Of a stretch of DNA of 64,000 nt, positions 55,701-63,985 are shown piece after piece. The notes below the pieces were generated by a model. That model was not told the origin of the DNA. It was given only the letters and a program-made list of their open reading frames with translations, and searched no databases. The position numbers were made by a program, and so were the translations under genes. Source of the stretch: a virus. Its lineage: Duplodnaviria; Caudoviricetes. The DNA is taken from the IMG/VR virus record IMGVR_UViG_3300003375_000001, positions 1 to 64,000 of that record; one strand, 5' to 3'. The stretch's first letter is position 1. Each line of letters begins with the position of its first letter.

Positions 55701-58066
55701 ATGGCGCACCTCCTTTTGTCAACTTTCCTTACTCACGTCCGTCCAACTATAAGGCTGGATGGATATGGATAACCAAGATACAGATCCAAAACGCAAAAGT
55801 TGGTCAGGGCCAGATAACGCTTACGGGCCAGAGTTCACCCTCGGCCTGGATACTAGGTGCTTCAGGCATAGCACAGTACGGTACGTACCGTATGCACGTG
55901 GACTATTGCAGAATCACCAATTGTGGATGGGGCATCTTCAGTCGTTCCATCAACTTCAACTCGCAGAATGATTCCACGCGGGAAGACTTTGGCACCCACT
56001 ACAGGTTCAATTACATAGACCTGTGTGGCGTTCCTTATTTGGACGGTGGGCGTGCTGGTCAACACAATATATACAACGAAGCTCTAGGCGCTATATTCGA
56101 ATACAACTACTTGGACTCTCCTGTAGACACAGGCGATGCCAACAACATAAAGACCCGAGACTGTGGAACTATACTCAGGTATAACTTCATTCGAAATGGC
56201 ACTAACAACATATGGATCATGGAGCCAGAAAACAACCCGTTGTTTGAAGCTTCACAGGTAGACGCTTGGGGTGAAAAGCTTATATCCAAGTTGTTTATCT
56301 ATGGTAATACGTTTGTCATTGATCGTCTGAATTACTACAACGGTAATGAAGACCACATATCTGTAGGTGATGGTCCTTTCCAAGGCAATACCCAGTATCG
56401 ATTTGGGTCGTTCCATTACTACAACAACATAATGCTGAACAACACCAGCACGGCTCAGGCTCCTTACATGCCCTTGTTTAACTTGCTCGACGCGTCTGCC
56501 GTTCTTACTGACGGTACGTCTACAGGAGGTTATGCAGGTCCTGTAACCACATACGTTATAAATAATCTTTTCTATACAACAGCAACCGCAGGTGGAACAC
56601 CAACGAACTTCGCCTTGTTCTACTGCCAAGGGTATGCCAACTGGTCACAGAACTGGATTAACGGTACATACGAAAACTCATATGCTTCCGTAGCGGACGG
56701 TGACTTGGCTAACGGTGTACCTTTCACAGGTGTAGGCTTGGGGGGTCTTGCTGCTGACAACGTAACTGACCCTGGCTTCTACGATATTCCGAATCTCGAT
56801 CTACGCCTACACAGCACGTCACCTTTTTACAGCCTTACTGGTAGCCTTCACAACGATGCCATTCTTCGTGGTCTAGTGTGTGATGATTCCTCTGTCTATG
56901 TTCCTTACGGCTATATCGCACCAGTCAACACCGTGCTACCCACTTTATCGGGGTCTTTCGTAGCAGGAGGTACGGTAAACTTCACAACAGGTACATGGGA
57001 CGACCCTAGCTACACGTTTACAGTTACTCCTCTAGTTAACGGGGTAGCTCAGACGGCGGTGACTGGTACCTCTTTCGTTATTCCTAACAGCGCAGGTGGA
57101 GGAACTATAGCTATAGCCGTTCTAGCTCAGAACCCTACGTCACTTAAGACAGCTACGATAAACTCAGCATCTCACAACGTAACAGCCGCTTCCGGTGCAC
57201 CTACCAATACCTCCCCACCTGTTTTCTTGACAGGCTCGCACTTCTATGTAACAGGCACCGCAACTTGGGGTTCGGATACTTGGTCTACTTCTCTATCAGG
57301 CGAAAGCTATAGTCTTATCCGGGACGACGGTGTGAACGTAGCTACAGGAACTAGCTATACCTTCGTCCTTGGGGATCAAGGTCATACATTTACCATTCAT
57401 GCTTCTGTATATGATTCGTCTGGTAGATATAACACAGCTACCTCTACCGCTAGCGCATCCATCGCGGCCGCACCTGCACTTGAACCTGACTCCAACGGGA
57501 TATTCCAATGGAATGAGGCTTCTGGCGCGTTACTACCTACTTTGAGTTCAAAGCTAATTGAGTCTACTCCAGGTAGTTATCAAACAAGTGGTACAGGTAC
57601 ACTGGAAACAACCTCGGCTGCCGGTTTTAACTCCGTTGTTGTTCAATACGAAAACGGACAAGGTGCGACGCAAGCAAGTTGTGGAGTGGTAGCTGGGGGC
57701 GTAGGCTTCTCTGGCTCTGCCGGTAACACCGTTTACCTATATATTTTTGGTAGCACGGGGTACGCTATTGTTTTGGGTGCAACAAACTGGCAGCTTACCA
57801 AAGCCGGTAGTTTTGTTACACAGGGTAACCATGGGATAAACATCTCGACCACTTCTATTAAAGCGGCTCTAAAGTATGATTCCACTGCGGGGACAATAAA
57901 CGTTTATGTGGCAACAGGTGCTACTGTGTTCTCAAGTGGTACGACACCTACCTACACCGCGTCTGACTCGTCGCCGCCAACAGGCAACTACCCCGGTTTT
58001 ATGTTGTACCCTGGTGCTAACAATACTACTGTCCAGCTTGATTCTTGGTCTGACTCCCTCTATTGA
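52721..58066 (+). CDS. tail spike 6: 1781-aa fibre/adhesin (N-module, fibre repeats, VCBS/Ig-like domains, beta-helix)
   Basis: three LTGDLGGT..SPTVPGL..KQ.TLVSGTN repeats, two EGTTNLYFTQ repeats, DTFTYLITDGQG, YEVGPGKAYSSL...LLPGDTV. Confidence 0.85.
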   Translation: MSQFGTDDINQILSEALSLGLNRFTKPSIDIQYGVIDPTKPNGVKTNIRVTVAFSAPSPAFVGLVWLNADSTSPTYKTFYVGNGTTVVPAGTQLDSTSTITKNIVSVIPATTTTLGGIIVGNGLAITLDGKLSATGGVGVSNATASVPGVIQLTGDLGGTSTSPTVPGLAGKQATLVSGTNIKTVGSHSLLGSGDINLVPSDIGAYAKPGTGIPTSDLDAATQLAISKANSAIQSIPTVPSATSSVQGLITLTGDLGGTASSPTVPGLANKQATLVSGTNIKTVGSKSLVGSGDLGLLPSDIGAYVKPGTGIPSTDLDVASQTGLAKALTAVQTLPAATSSVAGIIQLTGDLGGTSASPTVPGLANKQDTLVSGTNVKTINGASLLGSGNLVISVPTTTDALSEGTTNLYFTQSRVLATTITGVSTAVSTPITAADTTLAALGKLQAQLTNTQPTLVSGTSIKTINGSSILGSGNLTVSGSGGGGSGPTSTDGLPEGTTNLYFTQPRVLSTTLAGLSTSTPTPITSSDTTLSALGKLQAQFVGVNHAPVVNPASGSFVNSVVGSGNIITSYVTDLDSNTCTVSWIDWRASYPAVGTPFTTLYGTMTINANGSWTYVAGAGAWALLAGQNVTDTFTYLITDGQGAQVPGTLTVNIQGSAIAPTITPTNGGVQYNTPVTGSVASSITELSPLTVTLTQFTVAGVTGTFTAGATATITGVGTITMGSNMSYTFTPVSGYYGPVPIVTYSVTNGTETVTGTLGLTVAIPQGISAAKLVKRPSITGTGNAGDVLTYVAGTVTGATGAPALQWMRQGHAIPGATGTTYTTTTADTWYCISLQLTYPSSTVPLQIRTYPIEIGPATQRTVVDYTLDPFVNYKPWSYEHPLPNQNGMTSAYAGTVYEVGPGKAYSSLHDVPIMNLLPGDTVKLYWRSTPYSESIFIPCQGEPNRWIKFEGVPGPLGQLPILDGTLATSPPPNSGLSSSTDGAAMIQVGTPTYGAPPFVNFPYSRPSNYKAGWIWITKIQIQNAKVGQGQITLTGQSSPSAWILGASGIAQYGTYRMHVDYCRITNCGWGIFSRSINFNSQNDSTREDFGTHYRFNYIDLCGVPYLDGGRAGQHNIYNEALGAIFEYNYLDSPVDTGDANNIKTRDCGTILRYNFIRNGTNNIWIMEPENNPLFEASQVDAWGEKLISKLFIYGNTFVIDRLNYYNGNEDHISVGDGPFQGNTQYRFGSFHYYNNIMLNNTSTAQAPYMPLFNLLDASAVLTDGTSTGGYAGPVTTYVINNLFYTTATAGGTPTNFALFYCQGYANWSQNWINGTYENSYASVADGDLANGVPFTGVGLGGLAADNVTDPGFYDIPNLDLRLHSTSPFYSLTGSLHNDAILRGLVCDDSSVYVPYGYIAPVNTVLPTLSGSFVAGGTVNFTTGTWDDPSYTFTVTPLVNGVAQTAVTGTSFVIPNSAGGGTIAIAVLAQNPTSLKTATINSASHNVTAASGAPTNTSPPVFLTGSHFYVTGTATWGSDTWSTSLSGESYSLIRDDGVNVATGTSYTFVLGDQGHTFTIHASVYDSSGRYNTATSTASASIAAAPALEPDSNGIFQWNEASGALLPTLSSKLIESTPGSYQTSGTGTLETTSAAGFNSVVVQYENGQGATQASCGVVAGGVGFSGSAGNTVYLYIFGSTGYAIVLGATNWQLTKAGSFVTQGNHGINISTTSIKAALKYDSTAGTINVYVATGATVFSSGTTPTYTASDSSPPTGNYPGFMLYPGANNTTVQLDSWSDSLY

Positions 58067-58077
58067 TAGGAAAACTA

Positions 58078-58311
58078 ATGGCAATCGATGAAGACCTTGT
58101 TCAATATCAAGCCATTAAGTCCGAGTTGATAAGTCACCTTGGTCTAAAGCTTGTTAGGTTAAGGCTACAACTAAGTAACCTACAGCCTAGTGTAAACAAC
58201 CTACCCAATATAGCCTACTACCACACTAGAGGTCGTGTGTTGGAAGTAATGCAGCTAATTGAAAAGGCTAAAGCGGCCACTACGGTAGACGAGATAAAGG
58301 CTCTATTGTGA
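58078..58311 (+). CDS. hypothetical protein
   Basis: AGGA RBS before MAIDE. Confidence 0.55.
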   Translation: MAIDEDLVQYQAIKSELISHLGLKLVRLRLQLSNLQPSVNNLPNIAYYHTRGRVLEVMQLIEKAKAATTVDEIKALL

Positions 58312-58452
58312 GCTAACCAAAACATAGTCCTGATTTTCTTATAGTGGACTTCCTCTTTACTCGAAAGTCAGGCTGTTCTCAAATAAATCACGCATATCAC
58401 ATTTTAATTTTGTGCTTAAACACATATTTTTCAACCTCCAAGGATCTCTGAC

Positions 58453-60129
58453 ATGGCAACAAAACTGAAAGAACGAGCATCGGCTATCAAAGCTGCTGGC
58501 TCGATTTTCGTTTTCGCCGCAACGGATCGTAGTGTGCCAAAGAAAAGCGCAGTGTTGAAGGCGTCTTACGCTGAACACACTTGCGGTGACTGCGGCACAA
58601 TGGTGAAAGCAAGCGCCGAAACGCCTCAACCTTTTTGCGTTACGTGCGGCTCACACCATGTCAAAGCTACGGGCTCTGCTGTGAAGACTGAAATCGACAA
58701 GACCACTTTGGTGTCGGTGCGTTGTGGTAAGTGTTCGTCTGCAAACATTCTGAGTAAACCAGTACTTGCAGCCGCTTCTAATCACGTTCACTGCATCAAC
58801 TGCGGGCACGATATGGTAGCAGCCGCTGAAGCTCCACCTGCACTGGATGTTCCTAAGTTGGATTCGCCTAACGTTTCTCAGAAACCACTAGGTGTTCCTG
58901 ACATCGAATCGTTCAAAATCGACACGCCTGTCGATGAGCCTTTCGAACATGATCTTCCCGTCAAGAAAACGGAAGCAACTACTGAAGAGCCACTGCCGGC
59001 TGTGCTGAAAAACGGCACTACTGAGCCTGAGCTTCGTGAACCTGAACCTGCTGACGACTCTGGCGTTGATAACCCCAAAGGTATTGACGTTGAAAAGGCT
59101 GACGCAGAAAGCTTTGATTTTTCTGCGCCTGCTGACGACGACATCGGCCTTGACGAAGTGGAAACATCTTCGTGGGATTTTGGTCCTGACGAAATCAAAG
59201 AAGGCGAAACAGCCGCTGACGATCTGTCCCTGCTGGAAGGCAAGGAAGAAGTTCACTCTTCGGAAGAGTTTACTGAAGAAGACGACGGCGAAATGTTTGA
59301 TCCTTCTGCTGATGACGAAACGGCTGATGCTTTGATGGACAACCTTGACATGGACGATACATGTGCTCAAGTTGCTTTTGTTTCTGCTGGCTCCAAGCTG
59401 GTAGCTATGAAAGGCACTGTCACTATCGCCACATTGTCTCCTAAAGACGCAGGCAAGAATGCCGATCTGTTGCACTCTGACGTGATGGCTTCTGCTATAA
59501 TTCGCCAGGCTGAACAAGCAGGTCTGCGCAAAGGTCTGGCCTCTATGGGATTCAAGCTGATTCGCATTAAGTCGTCCAGCAAAATCGTTACTGACAAGAA
59601 GGTACAAGCTAAGGTTGCTGAAATCGCAAAGGCTTCGGCCCAGCGTGAATCAGAAACTGCTGAATGCCTGGCTCTTGCCGCCGCAGGTCTTGCCCGTAAC
59701 TTCTGGCGCGATAAACCCAATCCGATGAAGACTGCTTTCGAAAAGGAACTGGCTCATCTGGGTGTAAGCAATCCTCAAGTGGTATCGGCTTCGTTGTTCA
59801 AGACTTACGGTGTTGAATATACCAAGTCGCTTGTCGAAATCGCAAACTCCATTCAGGCTCTCGGCGCAGAAAATCGCAAGACCTTTGCTGCCGCTCTTGA
59901 TATGACTGACGGTATCGACCCTGCGTTTGACATCGCCACTGGTTCTAACGTTGACGACATGCCAATGAACGACTATTCCGAAGTGGAAGACGTTCAAGCT
60001 CGTTTGTCTCGTCCTGCCACAGTGACTGCTGCTCTGCTGCGTCCATCTTCAACCCGTGTATCTGCTAGCACCTATGACCGTGCTCATGCCATCCTGAATG
60101 GTACAGCTCGTCTCAATCTTGGCGTCTAA
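58453..60129 (+). CDS. prohead scaffold/core-like protein with N-terminal Zn ribbons
   Basis: four CxxC, long acidic linker, helical C-terminus; two genes upstream of MCP. Confidence 0.65.
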   Translation: MATKLKERASAIKAAGSIFVFAATDRSVPKKSAVLKASYAEHTCGDCGTMVKASAETPQPFCVTCGSHHVKATGSAVKTEIDKTTLVSVRCGKCSSANILSKPVLAAASNHVHCINCGHDMVAAAEAPPALDVPKLDSPNVSQKPLGVPDIESFKIDTPVDEPFEHDLPVKKTEATTEEPLPAVLKNGTTEPELREPEPADDSGVDNPKGIDVEKADAESFDFSAPADDDIGLDEVETSSWDFGPDEIKEGETAADDLSLLEGKEEVHSSEEFTEEDDGEMFDPSADDETADALMDNLDMDDTCAQVAFVSAGSKLVAMKGTVTIATLSPKDAGKNADLLHSDVMASAIIRQAEQAGLRKGLASMGFKLIRIKSSSKIVTDKKVQAKVAEIAKASAQRESETAECLALAAAGLARNFWRDKPNPMKTAFEKELAHLGVSNPQVVSASLFKTYGVEYTKSLVEIANSIQALGAENRKTFAAALDMTDGIDPAFDIATGSNVDDMPMNDYSEVEDVQARLSRPATVTAALLRPSSTRVSASTYDRAHAILNGTARLNLGV

Positions 60130-60150
60130 TTAACTGAAAAAGGTATTCCC

Positions 60151-60840
60151 ATGATCTATCAACCTCTGTCTTCGTCTACCCGTAGCACTGAGCTGCCTCT
60201 GGCGGCTGGCGCTTCCAGCACTATCGTCGCTGACGGTCAATCGCTGGTCTACACTCTGGTCAACGGTATCGCTGGCGTGCAACCTTCTGCTGGTGCCGCT
60301 GGCGAACAATTCGCTGGTTTCGTTAACGCTCAAACTTCGGCTGCTGCTTTCCTGCAACAAACAGCTATCAAGGTTGAAGACGTTACTCTGGGTGCTTCGG
60401 GTACTTACTCGTTGGCCTTCGTCCCTGTCTCCGGCACGCTGTTTGTGTACGACGTGACTGCTGGTGCTCCTGTCGTTGTGACTACAGGCTACACCATCGA
60501 TGCATACGGTAACGTGACTGCTACTGGTTCTGCCAACCATGAAGTGATCTTCACTTATGTGTACGCTCTGACCGTTACGCAAGCTCGCGCTCTGCAAGGT
60601 GACATTCAGCCAGGCAACTACGCTGGTCTGTCGCTGGGTCAAGTGGGTGTTAGCCAATCGGGCACCATCTATCATGACCAGATCGACACTTCGAAAAACT
60701 GGCGCGCTGCTACCGCTGTGAAGCTGGGTGCTGGCGGCAAGCTGCAGGACCAAACAGGCTCCGGCGTGCAGATCAATGCCAAAATTCGCGCCGTACCTAC
60801 TGGCGATTATCCGTACCTCGGCTTGGACTTCTCCCTGTAA
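60151..60840 (+). CDS. head decoration/capsid-associated protein
   Basis: Ala/Gly/Thr-rich, highly-expressed codon style, immediately upstream of MCP. Confidence 0.6.
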   Translation: MIYQPLSSSTRSTELPLAAGASSTIVADGQSLVYTLVNGIAGVQPSAGAAGEQFAGFVNAQTSAAAFLQQTAIKVEDVTLGASGTYSLAFVPVSGTLFVYDVTAGAPVVVTTGYTIDAYGNVTATGSANHEVIFTYVYALTVTQARALQGDIQPGNYAGLSLGQVGVSQSGTIYHDQIDTSKNWRAATAVKLGAGGKLQDQTGSGVQINAKIRAVPTGDYPYLGLDFSL

Positions 60841-60847
60841 TCTAGCT

Positions 60848-60881
60848 TGGTGGGGTAGATAACTACAAAACTACCCCGCCA
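60848..60881 (+). promoter_or_regulatory. stem-loop upstream of major capsid gene
   Basis: TGGTGGGGTAG / CTACCCCGCCA, no U-tract. Confidence 0.6.
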
Positions 60882-60906
60882 GTAACACACCCTCAAGGAA
60901 ACACTC

Positions 60907-61983
60907 ATGACTTCTGCAATTCGCGCTCAACGTCACGCTACCGTGGCGACTGACTTCAAATTCCAAGGTTCCAACACTCGTGTCGTTGGTTCGAATGGCG
61001 AAATCAACGCCAACGATAAGAAAGACCTGCTGAAATCGTCCATGCGTCTGATGGAAGCAGCGTCTAACGGTCTGATCGTTACGGAAGACGACCAACGCGC
61101 TCGTGACGAACGCGCCGCTGTGAACAAGGAACTGTTGACTGCTGCTTTTGGCAACGACATGTCTCACCGTGTTCTTGGTGAACGCATCGCCGAAGAAATC
61201 TATATGACTTCAAACCGTAAGGGTTTCAGCCGTCGCTTCCTGAACCGTATCGAACTGAAGCAAGGTGACATCCCTCGTTTCGCAGTTCGTAAGAAGAACG
61301 TTACTGCCTCTTTCATCACAGGCCCATCGCGTCTTGAAACCCAAGTCGTGACTGACAAATGGCTGACCCCTCCTGAATTCCAACTGGCAACACGCGTGTA
61401 CGTGCCCCAGAACGAAATCAACCAAAGCAACAGCGACGTGCTGGAAGAAAAGTACGTCGAAGCACTGGAAGCCATCATGGTGTCGGAAGACCGCCTGTGG
61501 TACCAACTGGCACAAAACACTATCGGTATCGACAACAACAAGTCGGTCATCGCTGGTACCTTGTCGCCTTACTCCCTGATGAGCGTGCGCCAGCAAGTTG
61601 CTAAGTGGGGTCTGAAGGTTCCTTACTGTCTGATGGCTTCTGACCTGTTTATCGACATCGTTGGTGACAGCGACTTCATCCAAGCTATTGAACCTGTCGC
61701 TCGTCACGAACTGGTGATGACTGGTGAACTCGCTGTGCTGTACGGGATGACTCTGATCTCGGAAGCTTATCGTCACCCAGAACACAAGGTTCTGAACCAA
61801 GGTGAATTCGCTTGCGTGTCGGATCCTCTGCAACACGGTGCTTACTCTGATCGTGGTGGTGTTGACAGTGCTCCTATCAACCCAACTACTGAAAAGATCA
61901 TGGGTCGTGGTTGGTTGCTGTCGGAATCGTTGTCGATGACTGTGGCGAATTCCCGTTCAGTTGCACTTGCTGTTAGACAGTGA
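60907..61983 (+). CDS. major capsid protein (HK97-fold, jumbo-phage type)
   Basis: 358 aa, strongest codon bias in window, AAGGA RBS, head-gene context; resembles RSL1/Lu11-like MCPs from memory. Confidence 0.8.
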   Translation: MTSAIRAQRHATVATDFKFQGSNTRVVGSNGEINANDKKDLLKSSMRLMEAASNGLIVTEDDQRARDERAAVNKELLTAAFGNDMSHRVLGERIAEEIYMTSNRKGFSRRFLNRIELKQGDIPRFAVRKKNVTASFITGPSRLETQVVTDKWLTPPEFQLATRVYVPQNEINQSNSDVLEEKYVEALEAIMVSEDRLWYQLAQNTIGIDNNKSVIAGTLSPYSLMSVRQQVAKWGLKVPYCLMASDLFIDIVGDSDFIQAIEPVARHELVMTGELAVLYGMTLISEAYRHPEHKVLNQGEFACVSDPLQHGAYSDRGGVDSAPINPTTEKIMGRGWLLSESLSMTVANSRSVALAVRQ

Positions 61984-62000
61984 GTACATAAACTATACGG

Positions 62001-62187
62001 ACTAGGGCCAAGTGCCCTAGTGTAAGACGATACCTTGCGAATGTTTGAAGGTGGCTGAAACTAGCTTAGCCGCTGGTGCGAAAGAAATGGTGCAGACTAC
62101 GTGGTTGTGGTATCTGCTCCTGACGGGGTTCATACGATAGTGAATCCAACTCGCAAAGTTCTAATGAACGTCTTACACTAGGGCACT
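62001..62187 (+). ncRNA. candidate structured RNA element closed by a 19-bp duplex
   Basis: 62011-62029 is the exact reverse complement of 62169-62187; internal hairpins; competing hairpin 62001-62021. Confidence 0.45.
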
Positions 62188-62226
62188 AGCTCTAATTTAT
62201 TGAACCAACCCCACAAAGGAATCGAC

Positions 62227-62700
62227 ATGGCAAAGTATAATCGCGCTCTTGACACTCTTGTCATGGCCGCTGCCCTGCATCGTCAAGGCAAATCTAATGA
62301 AGCTGCGAAGCTTTTTGTTCAAGCTGCCTCGGACAAGTCTATGGCAGAAGCATCGAAGCTGGTGAATCTGTATAATCAGAAAGCTCTGGCCTCTAACATA
62401 GCAACCCGCGTCGCAAAGGCTACTACAGCTAAGCCTGCTACAAAGCCAGCTAAGCCTACAAAGGCTGCCGCTTGGCCTTGGTCTGAGACGGCTGACGCTG
62501 CTCCTTCTGACGTGCTTGACGTTCAAAACGAAGACTTCGGTATCGAGCCTGAAGAAAACGAGTTGATGACTCGCGTTGTTCAGGAAGCTGACGCCATCGA
62601 CGGTGATGAAGACGAGCATGAAGACGAAGGTGAAGAACAGGAAGCTGTTGCAGCTGCCCGCTTCACTCGCGCTCTTGCTAATCTGTCCCGTCAAGGTTGA
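62227..62700 (+). CDS. hypothetical virion-associated protein
   Basis: AAAGGA RBS before MAKYN; acidic C-terminus. Confidence 0.75.
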   Translation: MAKYNRALDTLVMAAALHRQGKSNEAAKLFVQAASDKSMAEASKLVNLYNQKALASNIATRVAKATTAKPATKPAKPTKAAAWPWSETADAAPSDVLDVQNEDFGIEPEENELMTRVVQEADAIDGDEDEHEDEGEEQEAVAAARFTRALANLSRQG

Positions 62701-62730
62701 TCTTCCAGGTCTAACAACTCGCCAAAGCTA

Positions 62731-62770
62731 AAGGGCTAGGTGCCAACTCCGGCCCTAGCCCTTTTCTTTT
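62731..62770 (+). terminator. intrinsic terminator
   Basis: AAGGGCTAGG / CCTAGCCCTT stem followed by TTCTTTT. Confidence 0.8.
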
Positions 62771-62788
62771 GGTCAATCAGGAACTACC

Positions 62789-63229
62789 ATGTCACACATT
62801 CAAGAGATTGCTAAACGCTTGCAAGTTACCTCTGCACACCCACCTAGTGTTATTACTGAAGTTAGAGGGCGAAAGCTTAAACTTTGGGAATCAGGCGTAT
62901 ATCTTATAACAGGCTCTATAAAATATCTTAACGACGACGACCTTCACGATTTTTTAGAAGACAGTAACCCGAGCCCTGAATTAGAAAAACTGTATAAGAC
63001 CGCTGACGGTGCTATAAGCGGCTACTCTAGTAACCATAGAGATAGTGGAGGCTTTGTATATTCTGGTGCAGTAAAGCCTTATAAAAACATAAATGACCTC
63101 TACGACTTCTTAGGCTTGTTACCTAAACTCCCTAGTTTTGCTGGTTTCACCTTTAAAGCCTACAGCGATGTACTGTTTACCTTCTCCAAGGGCAACAACA
63201 TTGTTGTCATAGCCTTAGTTGACGACTAA
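62789..63229 (+). CDS. hypothetical protein
   Basis: AGGA RBS. Confidence 0.7.
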   Translation: MSHIQEIAKRLQVTSAHPPSVITEVRGRKLKLWESGVYLITGSIKYLNDDDLHDFLEDSNPSPELEKLYKTADGAISGYSSNHRDSGGFVYSGAVKPYKNINDLYDFLGLLPKLPSFAGFTFKAYSDVLFTFSKGNNIVVIALVDD

Positions 63230-63985
63230 ATGACAACCTCGAACTTCTCCAACAGTACTGAAGCCGCAAAATCAGGTCTCAACCTCACCCTCGATCCTGT
63301 TGAGAAGTTCATCTTTGCTGGTCTTCAAAAGCAAATGCTGAAGGTATTTGAAGCTAAGTCTGCTTGGGTCACCTCAACAGACAAGACCAAGACACTTCAG
63401 CAGTTGTTCGGGTCTCCTTCACAAGAGGCCTCAGAATTAAACGTAACGTACCCCTATATATTCATGTACTGCGGTACATTGGCCGAGTCTCCAGATAGAG
63501 CTAACTTAAAGGCGACGGCAGTACGAGGTATCGCCAACGTTGTACCGTCTTCCGACAATCGGAGATCGTTTCGGGTCGAGTACATCCCCGTAGACTTTAC
63601 AGTGACGGTCGAGTACGTTACGAATGACTATAAAGAAGTATTGAAGTTTGCTAGGCTCTGGTTGTTCTCTAGACACAAAGGCTTCCTTAACTTCGATGTT
63701 GTCTATGGTCGAGCCACGTTTGCTATAAGCTGTAGGCCAGACGCTCAGATTCAGATCCCTTTGAGGGAAGCAGAGCTTGAAGGTCCCTCGGAGTATACCT
63801 TAAGCCAAACACTAGTTATACAAGGGTACATAAGTAGCTCGACTCTAATAGAACAACAGGTGACAACTAGCATCGAAGCTAACTTTACTCTACCGGATGG
63901 CTCCGTGTTCTGGTCTCTGTCCTCACCTGAGACAGACGTAACACCTCCAGACCCCACAGCCTCTGTATCGAATTCAACTAACTGA
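63230..63985 (+). CDS. putative neck/tail-completion protein
   Basis: YPYIF...P beta-rich pattern and position after head genes; next gene begins at 63995. Confidence 0.5.
   Translation: MTTSNFSNSTEAAKSGLNLTLDPVEKFIFAGLQKQMLKVFEAKSAWVTSTDKTKTLQQLFGSPSQEASELNVTYPYIFMYCGTLAESPDRANLKATAVRGIANVVPSSDNRRSFRVEYIPVDFTVTVEYVTNDYKEVLKFARLWLFSRHKGFLNFDVVYGRATFAISCRPDAQIQIPLREAELEGPSEYTLSQTLVIQGYISSSTLIEQQVTTSIEANFTLPDGSVFWSLSSPETDVTPPDPTASVSNSTN

Noticed and set aside
27371-58066. Diversity-generating retroelement or invertase shufflon acting on the fibres
   Set aside because: No reverse transcriptase or recombinase was recognised; internal repeats differ at all base types rather than only adenines; all fibre genes are co-oriented with no inverted crossover sites.
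62045-62150. tRNA, group I intron or hammerhead ribozyme
   Set aside because: GTGGCTGAA, GGTTC..GAATCC, CAGACTAC and CTGACG only resemble fragments; there is no cloverleaf with a 7-nt anticodon loop, no complete P7 pairing and no CUGANGA/GAAA core.
58878-62694. Long minus-strand ORFs (58888-59607, 60130-60753, 61210-61836, 62197-62694)
   Set aside because: Antisense shadows of strongly codon-biased structural genes, without RBSs or recognisable motifs.
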